DNA of 62,641 nucleotides, the filler included, from Choristocarpus tenellus KU-1152 (Eukaryota; Protista; Phaeophyceae), in assembly GCA_964200185.2 (NCBI GenBank). It is 10 parts of 10 records of this genome, joined end to end, with 100 filler letters (N's around TTAATTAATTAA, not from the genome) between each part and the next. Parts side by side here need not be neighbours in the genome. Positions count along the whole stretch, not along the records: positions 1 to 4,448 come from CAXNAD020014500.1; positions 4,549 to 9,072 come from CAXNAD020014163.1; positions 9,173 to 13,174 come from CAXNAD020016725.1; 7 more parts are not named here. One strand, written 5' to 3'. Positions 1 through 10,305 of this stretch are shown piece after piece. Within the stretch, counting starts at the first letter, position 1; each line of letters begins with the position of its first letter. The notes below the pieces were generated by a model. The model was not told the DNA's origin, ran no database searches, and worked only from the letters and a program-made list of their open reading frames with translations. The position numbers were made by a program, and so were the translations under genes.

Positions 1-59
1 AATTTTGGGTCAAGCCCATCCTCAATGAAAAGCTCCATCCTCAATTTTGAAATCGGCTG
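1..59 (-). repeat. Terminus of dispersed CAG-ended (hAT-like) repeat family, copy 1
   Basis: Reverse complement reads CAGCCGATTTCAAAATTGAGGATGGAGC...GAGGATGGG.TTGACCCAAAAT. The same motif occurs at 4549-4602 and 8958-9072. Confidence 0.65.
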
Positions 60-882
60 TTTAATAATAGAAAGTAAGAGATTACACTGTGTTGCCAATA
101 AGAGCAACGGTACTAATTTAGTAATACATGGAGTAAGAAGGGAGCAACAAGCTTTAGTTGGCAACTAAGAAGATCCCAAATGCAGGCACAGAACAACATG
201 ACCCAATTTTCCCTCACCCCATGCCTACATCGCTATGTAACAGCATTAGTCAATGCAATAATTCATTTGATATATATACTGGTACTTCAGTTAATGTACT
301 ATTGCCACCCTAATCAACGCAACAATACCCCCCCCACCCCCCACCCCCCCTCCTACACCTCGAAGATGGTACAATGTGATATAATAGGTGTTGAGTGATC
401 AAGGCTGATTGTTAGCCTCCAGTTGCTCGGTGAACCTGTAAAGATCCTGCTAGCTATTTTGGGGTACTTCATTACCTTTCCAGTCACGTTACCAACATCA
501 CACAGAACAGCCCGCCTAAAATCATTTCAGGACACGTGGGGACCTTCTTTGCCATGCATGACCCCACCCTCCAGGCATACATTCTGACCTCCACACATCA
601 CTTGTTGCCTGCATGGTACTACAATCTTCATGTGCTTCACACATAGTCTGGAGCAACGAGAGACGATCGCCAGAGTCCACTTCAATTCAAACCAATGTCA
701 CCCTTTCCCAATAACAAGACAACACTGGTAGGGACAAGCAAATGTGAAGATGATGCAATAGCAGAGAGATGGCAACCTTCCATGCGGCGACCAACTCACA
801 GGCAGGCACTCGCTCTGTGCACCTAAGGTCCAACTAAGGGACCCTCAAACCTCTCAACAACCTATTTCCCTTTCAAGTCTCA

Positions 883-2952
883 TCAGTCCCTGGGACCCTT
901 GCTTCCTCCCTCCGCCTCTCCTCCTGCAGCATCATCAAGTTCTGGGTTCCTCTTCAAAATCACAACTCCCTCCAGCACTCGTGAATAGGGGATCCACTCA
1001 TTTGTAGCCAACTGATTGAATTTTTTCAAGCCAAACAGGGGGAAAGAATGAAGTGGGCATGGCAAAAAAGAGAGAGGTGGTGCCAAGATCATCAACAACA
1101 AAAATAAAATAAAATAAAAATAAAAATTACATTGATGTTAACGGGGAAGTCCATTTATTGATGATGTATCTTACTGACGTAAGGCAACACACCAACTCTA
1201 TTATACTGGTGTATATGTTGACTTTGTGCCATGTCCGCTTCTCCACACATACAGTAAAAGGCTGAACTACTTATGCTTTAGAGTGGGTGGTGATGACACC
1301 ATGAAAGCTACCTTTTTCAATAAAAGAAAACAATGGTTTCGATTTGAAAATAGCAGTACCATGTGTATATTCAGTACTAGGTCCTGGAACTTTACATATC
1401 ATTTCCATTATTTGACACGAATCTGTATCTTACATGCTCTCGACACTCACATGCTATGGTAAGGACAGTCGTGTAACAATAGAAGAACAACGCAATGTGC
1501 TGTCCCATGTCCATGAACCTCAGTTACTGACACACACAGCCCCCAACAACAACAATAATGTTCTTAGCCTCAAAATGACCCTTCTAAGCACAACTCAGTT
1601 ATGTGGCATGGGTGATGACAAAGATTTGCATCAATCCAATTCGTCCTGCCCCACCTTGCCTACCCCCTACTACACTTACCATTTCAAAATTGAAACATTT
1701 CTTGAATTCCATTCATTGCTCATGGTAGCATGAACATACCACCAACAGCACTTATCCATAACAAGTCTCTAAAAACCCCTGGTCCCATACCAGCATACGT
1801 CCCACTCCCCACCTCTGCCCGGTCCCGTACACCCAACAGCACTGGTGTGGTGTGTGTCTGGAAGCCTGTGATGGTCTTTGGTCGCCCCGCTTGACCCACT
1901 GTCTCTACAGCCTGTCCCACTCTCACACTGACAGGCAGTGGCTTCAGCTCCTCATCCACCTATTGATAACAGTATGAAGAAAACTACATGTGTTTATTTG
2001 TGTGGGCTGCATGTGTATACAGGTCTCTTGTGCATACATCGTCATGTTCTGTCGCAGAGACAATACACACGTGTTTTGTAAGGAGGTGTACCCATGTAAT
2101 CAATTAATGAGGATACATTTGGCATTGTGGTGGATTGGGGGCAGGAGTGCACTCAGACTTGGTCAAAGCAACAGTGTAGGCTGCAAGTAGGCAGCAATCA
2201 GTGGGGGGAGGGGATTACTCACTGTCATGAGCATTCGGGGGTTCATCGCTGCTGTAATGTAGTAGAGCATGTAGTGGTGCTTGTCCAGAATGGTGTTCTT
2301 GAGGTCCATGCACAAGTGCAATACTGTCAGCACCCCTGCCAGGCCTGCTGGATTAAGTATGAGTCGATCTGAGTGGAATGGGTGAAGTGACATCAGTCCC
2401 TGCCAATAGACACAAAATGTATAGAATAGCATAGGAGAAACAGCAAGCAATACAGTCAGGGGACAGGTGGGGGGTAGACAGAGCAGGCAGGGGAAGTAGG
2501 GTTGGAGAGGGTTAGGGTATTTCTCGTGGATTACGATGATATTTTTTCAGTCAACACATTTGTGGACCAAACCCCCAAGTGCAACAGAACATGCCATTGT
2601 CTCAGGTGCGTGCACGTCAATCCACACACACCTAATGTATGGCATTTGCCTTCGAATGGCCCTGCTGCATGGAAGCTAGACTAGGCTCATGATACACACT
2701 ATCATACTTCTGTAAACAGTCTCCCTAGTTTTTCTCCTCCCTCCCTCAACCCCACCAAAAAAGAGTTGTTGCACACACACCTTGCCCATATGGTTCAACC
2801 CTTGAGCAATGCGCGTGACAAAGAGGTGTGACGCCTCCCTGCTGTAGAACTCCGACAATTGTCGCAACAGTTGAGCCACCCGCGAGTTGTTCGTCCCTGC
2901 TGACACTATCCCCAGTGCCTGGATGACAATTGTGGATGCATTTTGACAAAGG

Positions 2953-2987
<35 letters not shown>

Positions 2988-4331
2988 TGCATATTTGAAC
3001 ATCAGTCACGAGTCACGGTGATGGGAGAGGACACGAGTGAGCGAGTGAGAGAGTGAATGGATTGAAGGCCAAGATCAAAACCAGGTTAGAGTTCAGGGGG
3101 ATTTGTGTTAACTAATTGAGAAGACCTACTGCTTCCTGGGACATTAGGAGTGAAGGGGGACAGGAGGGGGGTGTTGGTCATAGTTGTCCGAGCCTTCAGT
3201 ACAATCATCTCCCCACCACACACCCCTACTCACGGCATACCAATGCTGAATACAGTATATTGGACAAGAGGGAATCAAAGCACTTCTCTCTCTCTCTCTC
3301 TCTCTCTTTAATCTATAAATATACAAGTGATAGGTGTTCTGAGACTGAAGGACAAACATAAATACTGACAAGCAGAACAACACCAAAAATACCAAGATAA
3401 GTCATCACAGATTCCCAACATGACACTGAACACACTTTATCTTGGGCTAACGCCTGTCCTCACCAAGGACTAGCTGTGCATGTACTTGAACTCCCTACAA
3501 AATAGAAATAGCATCTTTCAGTACAAACAGCATCATTGCACAACTAAGGCAGTCCCCTTCTCTAGGACATTCACTTCCTTCTACTTTTGCACACTCCCCT
3601 GCTTGTGGCAAACACTTCTTGTCCGCAGTCTCACCATGATTGCAGACTGTGCAACGTCAGCATCAGCATCATGTGTGAGGCGAGAGAGCTGGTCGATCAC
3701 AGCATAGTCCGGATGGCTCACATTAAGGAGAGCCAGTGCAAGGGGCACCACACTATTAAAATAAAATACACACACACAAACACACAGATATGCACCATGG
3801 GTTCAGGGAAAACAGGAAGAGGTTTGATTAAAATACTGAGTAAGAGAACAAAAAAGATTTCCAGCCCACCAATCACAAAGCTTCTGGGGGATATGCGGAG
3901 ATTGGGTATGCACCAATTGAAGTAGGTTTCCAAAATCTTGAATGTGATCACTAAATTCCTGTTGAACTAGCTTCACACAAGGACACTAAACCACTAAACA
4001 CTACTATGTATCTCTCATGACTCATGGAGGACTGCACAAGAGGTGGTGAAACAGCTATACTGTAGAATGTAGGGCATCAAAACGAGAGATCTCTCCCCAG
4101 AGCTTGCTGCCTTTGCCCACTCTACTCACCCTATTACCTCCGCTGCCCTCCTCCCCCCATACCACTAAACCAAAACCAAAAAGTGACCCATCCTTTCCCC
4201 TTCCTCCTACTCCCTCACCGCCGAATGGGAAGCTCTCCATAGTGCAAGAGGTGATCGAATGTCCGCAAAGCCATATCTGACCCCACATCATCCCCAAGGG
4301 TCACTAGTGCAATCCCCAGCACTGCAGCCGC
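883..4331 (-). CDS. RPN1: 26S proteasome regulatory subunit RPN1/PSMD2, 3' six exons (5' end runs off contig)
   Basis: In-phase GT-AG exons at 4331-4219, 3752-3635, 2918-2781, 2399-2223, 1959-1813 and 1011-883 translate to [37 protein letters not shown] / [13 protein letters not shown] / [19 protein letters not shown] / [33 protein letters not shown] / [11 protein letters not shown]. This is the conserved RPN1 C-terminus. Stop at 883-885. Confidence 0.96.
2955..2984. repeat. (CA)n microsatellite in RPN1 intron
   Basis: Direct reading. Confidence 0.9.
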
Positions 4332-4448
4332 CTTCTCAAGCATACATATACCCCAAACACCCACCCATGAGCACAGGCATTATGGTTGAAGTCAAGTGAC
4401 ATGATGCAGGGGGGGGGTGAGGGAGGAGGGGTACAGTCAGAGACAGGT

Positions 4449-4548
4449 NNNNNNNNNNNNNNNNNNNNNNNNNNNNNNNNNNNNNNNNNNNNTTAATTAA
4501 TTAANNNNNNNNNNNNNNNNNNNNNNNNNNNNNNNNNNNNNNNNNNNN
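4449..4548. other. Artificial contig linker N44-TTAATTAATTAA-N44 (also 9073-9172, 13175-13274, 19892-19991, 31751-31850, 35776-35875, 41868-41967, 45190-45289, 51958-52057)
   Basis: Identical 100-nt spacer with stops in all six frames, present nine times. Confidence 0.98.
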
Positions 4549-4602
4549 GCAGAACAACCATCCTCATAGTCCCGCTCCATCCTCAATTTTGAGAATCCCC
4601 TG
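4549..4602 (-). repeat. Terminus of CAG-ended (hAT-like) repeat, copy 2
   Basis: Reverse complement CAGGGGATTCTCAAAATTGAGGATGGAGCGGGACTATGAGGATGG. Homology to the other copies stops at the CAG. Confidence 0.65.
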
Positions 4603-4792
4603 TTCAGTGTGCACCAGTTGATCGCAATCTGGTGATATCTTTTTTTTATTCGATCCTCTCAGCAGTACAGCCTGTGTGGTATCAATAATGTACTATTCTT
4701 TTTACATGGTTTGTGTACGATATTCTTAGGTGGAGATGGATTTTACATCTTCACCACTCCTTTAACCTTAACATACAAATATTTTCGCTTTT

Positions 4793-7700
4793 TTAGTTCG
4801 ACTGGTTAGTTAAGGACAAATGAGCTAAATCGTGATTTATCCGACTTGTGCAAGTTTCGATATGATAACAGGCAGAATTGGCCGTTATCATTCCAGGTCG
4901 ATCAAAGGTTCGCACCTTTCCTTCTTGTACCACGGTTCTTCTATTTATCGCTTTATCTTTTTTACAACCTCTGACCATGGGGTGAACAGCAAATTCCCCT
5001 GTCACCAAATATGTACTTCCGGAGTACAACACAAAACATATATTACCTTTAATTGTTTTATAAAATGCAGAGACCTGAACAAATATTTGGGGGGGGGTCA
5101 CCTATACCATGTGTATATAACTAGGAGGTGCAACATAAATATTCCTATTTCACAGACAGTACACATGAGCAGCATATAGACAGCCCTCAATAATGTATGG
5201 TATATACGAAGAGCATTTAAATAAAATAATTCTAGATCAATTCATGGCAACATGTTTGGCATTCTGCTACACTGCATTGGTTTCTTCGATTGTGTCCATG
5301 GTACGTGCGGAAAATGTGCCTGCAAGTGCCTTAACTTTCTCCTAACAACCTCCATCATTCCACACACTAAGTTGATAAATCGGTGGGCCAATGTGTAAAA
5401 AAAATGGTTTGGAGAGAACATAAAATGCTCACGAAATGGGTGGGGGTGATTTCTAATAGCAGGGGCACTTTGCTCATGAAAAGGAAGAACGGATAAGTAG
5501 GTGGGACAATGGGTCAACAAAAATGCATAGAAGGAATGGGGGTGACTCCCTTCTTAACGGGAGCAGTTACCATGTGCATAGCATCGTCAAAGGGTAGAGC
5601 TGATCACACATTGTTGATATTTATGTTTCATAGTCTATTCTAGACCATTTCATCGACTGGACAAGATCAGAGACAAGTCGATGGTCAAGTCCAGGATGGC
5701 AGAGGCGAAAAGGACGTACAGGAAGGGGGTTGCACTCCAAACCAAAAAATTACAATGTACCAAGTGGTTTTACGCAAAACAAATAGAAACACCAAGAAAC
5801 GTATCATACTCCAGGTCCAAGCCACAGACTGTATCATGTAAACCATGGTGGGGGACCCATACTTCATTCTCTCCTTAAAATTCAGGTGCATAAAGATTAG
5901 GGGAGAGTGTGAGCGAAGTTGGTCGCAACTATACACAGCTTCGCTCTGTCTAGAGCTACAAAACAATCTTCTCATACAAGAACATGACACAAAATAAGGT
6001 CTAAAAGTCACATCACACAGAGAGCGAATATGACATCATGGAGCAGTAACACTCCTAGCACTCCTCCCAGGTATTCTTGGGCAAACTTACATCCTACTCA
6101 AGAAGAGGAGAAGTGTTTTGTGTCAGCAAGACGGACACTGTTGACTGCTCCTGCTCATCACCAATACTATTGCCATTTCTTCTTTTGGAAATCGTCGCAA
6201 GCTTTGATGCTGCTGACCTTGCGAAGGGCGGACACGTATTCTTCTCTTTCCTTAGGGTCTTCTGGCGCATGACGCGCATTTCCCTGGCATACCCACATGT
6301 ACTTGGCCACGTTCACCGGTACAGTGTCCGGCATAATATCCAGGGGGTCTGTCGGGATCCAATACACCAAGCTGTGCATATTGTACCTTGATAGCGTCAA
6401 GTGGGTCCATGGCTGAATGTTGTCATTGGGTTACATGTATCACCATGGTACACACTTCAGCGTATACTTATCACTAACTGCAATAATCCAATCATACAAA
6501 TAGTGGCCTATCTATTTTCTAAGCATTTATTTTTGTGTTGTTGGATGTGGGAGGGTTCAAAAAAGAGAGGTGATAATAGGGGTATAAACAGTTGCAACAT
6601 AGAAACGACAAACATACATGATTTTTCATTCTACACAACCGTCTCGAGCACGTCTCGACGAACATGCTCAAAATGAAAGACTCCCCAAGTCACTATTAAT
6701 TGTATTGTACATACAGTGTACTTCACAGTGTCAACCCGAAGAACACACTTGTGACACAATATCTGAACGAGCGGTAAGTGTCACCTATTGTATGACGAGT
6801 GGATTTATGCATCAAGTCTCGTTTATCACGTATCATCCTTCAGTATGCTGTTTATTGTATCAACGCTATCCTTCTAATACTGTTCATATACGACAACACC
6901 ACTTTGTAGGTATTAACCTCGCCACAATGACATAGCATATAAAGAGCTGTATTATCACGGTTTCAGAGGTTTTACTCCCCACCACATCACATGTATACGA
7001 TTGTTAATCAGAAGGAAACTCTCAATAAGTGTCACTACAATGAAGAGCTGCTGTTGAAGAATTGGCCATACAGCCAACTGTGAGAAAATCGGATACAGGC
7101 AAGGGTGCGACAATCCCAGGGTTAGATTCCACCATACGTACTTCATTAAGTGCCCCAAGGAGAAATCCTAGCGTGTACAATACTAATATTATTGTGTGAT
7201 GGACAAAGAAGCTCATCCCTTGCTTTGATCATTGCCCTACAGATCCACGGCTTGGTGCAGTAGGTGCGGCAATATATACTTGTCTTGAATTTGCAGGGAA
7301 ATATCTAGAGGTGATGTTCAAGCCCAGTGTTTAGATACACTATAGAAAGTATCGGATTAGCAAACTTTTGAATGTCCCACATGTTTAGTAATGGAGATAT
7401 TGCACACCTCGACTGTCTGGGCGCTTCCTACATTTGTGCTTCATGAGGGAGAGGATCAAACATTAAATTCCCGATGAAGATTTCCCAATCCCATCAGTAG
7501 TAAAGGCGAAACTTGTTTGCATGGTGGCCACACAGGTACACATTTGTTACATGTCCCAGTGAAAACAGCAACCCGTGCTGTGTAGTTTCAGTACCCTTAA
7601 CTGCACTGGCGGGAAGAGGAATCACCCCCCTTCACCATCAAAGAGTGCACTTTCCCCTTGTGGTGGGATCACGCACATGGTAGGTAGGTCCACTCATTCT

Positions 7701-8500
7701 ACGATGCAACATGGCAACCAACTTCTGTGCGCTATATAGAGTTTCGCCGAAAAACTATTTTTGCAACAAGATTCCACTCCACCATTGTTCTGACATCCTT
7801 TAATCATATTTCATAATACCTTCATACGATCCATACTCGCCATTCCTTGAAAAAAATATCGTGATGATGATTCGAGTTCTATTTCGCTGAGGTTGTGAGG
7901 AAGGGAAGGGAGAACACAACTACTGTGGCCTCTAGTAGTTGTATTTCTTGTTTGTACTTACCAGATAAATGCGCCTATGAGATTGAAGTCCGACAGGAGA
8001 AGATTGCGCTCCTCTAATGTCCACTTTGCTAGTGTTTCCGGTCTCATACACTTTCCTCTGCGCGTCCTCATGAACTCTCCAAAGGATATCCCTTTTCGTT
8101 TCTCAATTATAGAACGTATTGCTGGATACACAGTTCGTGGGTACACATGGGTGTTGAAGAGTGAATACTCGTGCACCACGTCCTCGCCCACTGCTAGCGA
8201 TGTGCCGTTCTTCCAGCACCACGCAACCATTTTACTGAGAAAATCTGCCGTGCGGAACAAGGTCAAGGAAGAGGACTATTTTAAATTTCCTCTCAGTTAG
8301 AATCGTTGGTTGAGAGAGTAGGGTGCTGCAAGAAGATACGACAAAGGATATATACATATTGAGGGCATATTGCTTCTGAAGAGTATCCTTTCTGATGAAG
8401 CATAGGGTTCTACTTAAGCTTCAAACTAGGACCACACATATATTCGGAAAGAGGTGCAATCTCCCAGCGACTGGTCTTGTGACCATGGACAGGTGCTGAA
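4793..8500 (-). pseudogene. Decayed intron-containing DDE transposase, RAG1/Transib/Chapaev-like core (tentative)
   Basis: Ordered minus-strand fragments: TSFAFTTDGIG (GAT at 7495-7493), YFPANS (~7300), LLGA/MKYVWWNLTLGLSHPCLY (~7165-7090), VWVPHHGLHD (~5865-5830), SPNHFF/LHIGPPIYQL (~5415-5370) and TFSARTMDTIEETN (~5315-5275). Separated by stops, frameshifts and GT-AG introns (e.g. donor gtaagt at ~7961). Confidence 0.5.
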
Positions 8501-8957
8501 TTTCTACCACTTTATACATACACATACATTTAATTCGGAGCATTCTACAGATGAAAGAGGGAGAAAGTAGAGAGTGATAAGGATGATAACTCTCATATAT
8601 GTGCTGATTACTATTTATTAGGGCAACCAGGACAGGAGTAGTGCTCGAGCACTAAAACATAAACTCACTTTCAGGAATACCTCCTCCCTTAACACAAAGT
8701 AACTAGCTCGGATAAATGGGTTCAGAGTATCAAATTAAAATACCCCAACTTGGTGTATTTTTGAAAGTTTGATTTGTCTCCTCCAATAATAAATGAGAAA
8801 TGAATGACAAAGAAAACAGAAAAAATGGATTGTGGGTCCAAAATAACTTTATGATTTTAGGATCCCAGATAAAATGAGTTCCACACGATCCAAAAGGTGT
8901 GGAGGATGGAGCCAAATACTTTATACATGGATGGCAGACTTGAGGCTGAAATAACAA

Positions 8958-9072
8958 CTGCGTCTCACCAAAATTGAGGATGGAGCATACTATGGAGGAT
9001 GGGTTTGACCCAAAATGGTGCGGAAAAAGTGCCGATATATATTTTTTGTAAATGTTGCGGCACTTTTTAAGG
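8958..9072 (+). repeat. Terminus of CAG-ended (hAT-like) repeat, copy 3, with internal hairpin
   Basis: CTGCGTCTCACCAAAATTGAGGATGGAGCATACTATGGAGGATGGGTTTGACCCAAAAT, then inverted pair AAAAAGTGCCG (9024-9034) / CGGCACTTTTT (9058-9068). Confidence 0.65.
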
Positions 9073-9172
9073 NNNNNNNNNNNNNNNNNNNNNNNNNNNN
9101 NNNNNNNNNNNNNNNNTTAATTAATTAANNNNNNNNNNNNNNNNNNNNNNNNNNNNNNNNNNNNNNNNNNNN

Positions 9173-9240
9173 CCAAGAAAGTGAAAATCGAAAAAAAGGT
9201 GAAAAACGGACGCCGACACCCCCCCCAGATACTTTGACCC
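9173..9240 (+). mobile_element. End of GGGTCAAAGTATCTGG-TIR element
   Basis: Ends in CCCCCCAGATACTTTGACCC. The upstream AAAGTGAAAAT.GAAAAAA.GG.GAAAAACGGACGCCGACAC is shared with 41825-41867. Confidence 0.7.
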
Positions 9241-10124
9241 ACATATGAATGTGTGTATATTTTATGGGCAGGTTGAAACAGGAAACGAGCGATCAATTTC
9301 CTGATGATGATAGGCAAAACCAACTGATATGACCCAGTTGTTACAGCGTTGATTTATAGGCCCATTCAAATTTGTTGTGATCAATTGTTTTTCTTCGACC
9401 TGCATATATATATGTATATATATTTGATATATGATAGGCCAAACGCATCCTTGAGGTAGAGAAAAAATGCGGACATCTTGCGACGGAGATAGGGTACATA
9501 CAACGCCACCACAGAGAGCAGACTATGATAGAAGACATGCACACAGGCACGAAAGGTGCGGTGTTGAAAGAGAGGCCTGATGAGGGAGAGGTGACAGAGC
9601 CTGCAATTGGTCGTGATTTTTTCCCAATCCTCCCCATTCTTCCTGTTCTCACTGCATCTTGAACCTAAAGACTGATTCGATCAGGGAAGACTAGAACCAT
9701 GGGTGGGTGCACTGGAGTCCTCCCAAGGCAAAGACAAAGCGATCTCTAGGTGCAAAAATATCGTGCAGTTAGCAGGAGCTGAAAGACAATGAAGCAAAGT
9801 TTGGGCACACTTTGCCTCAGGTGTTTGAAGTTTCGGGACACGTTGAGAAGCTCTAGAGCTCTATAACTCAATATGTGCACCAAGAGAGTGATCGAGAGGA
9901 TAGCAATTGTGAACTCCAGAGCAGCTCCCATCCTCAACCTACTTGTTGCGGACCATAAGCAAGAAGTATTTCTACCTCTCCATTGATATGTACACTCAAC
10001 TATCAATATCATTGCCAGTTTCGTAAGAGCTGGAGGATGATGAAATTTTAACATTTCTGTTGCGCCCTCTCCTCCTGGTACCTTCCCCTCCCCCTCAACT
10101 GGAATTCTCGCTGTTTACAACAAT

Positions 10125-10305
10125 GGCTCAAAGTATCTGGGGGGGGAGGGTCTACAACATCAGGTTGTCCATTCGGATCCTGACCAGGAACGCACACTTA
10201 CATTATCCATCCGATGCATGCAGTCAAATCACCCTAGAATCATGACATGGAAAAATGGGCCCCAAATGGACAGTCGCCAAACACACACCCCAGATACTTT
10301 GAGCT
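10125..10305. mobile_element. ~180-bp MITE with GGCTCAAAGTATCTGG terminal inverted repeats
   Basis: Left GGCTCAAAGTATCTGGGG, right CCCCAGATACTTTGAGC. The internal sequence matches 17107-17285 in the opposite orientation. Confidence 0.85.

Noticed and set aside
4549-9072. Contig 2 as one complete DNA transposon bounded by terminal inverted repeats
   Set aside because: The inverted copies have their CAG-like terminus on the inner side and extend outward into the gaps, and the same end occurs at 1-59 next to RPN1. Two independent insertions of a common repeat fit better than TIRs of the RAG1-like relic.
9020-9072. RSS-like nonamer (ACAAAAA) near the RAG1-like relic
   Set aside because: No CACAGTG/CAC heptamer at 12/23 spacing, and A-runs are common here.
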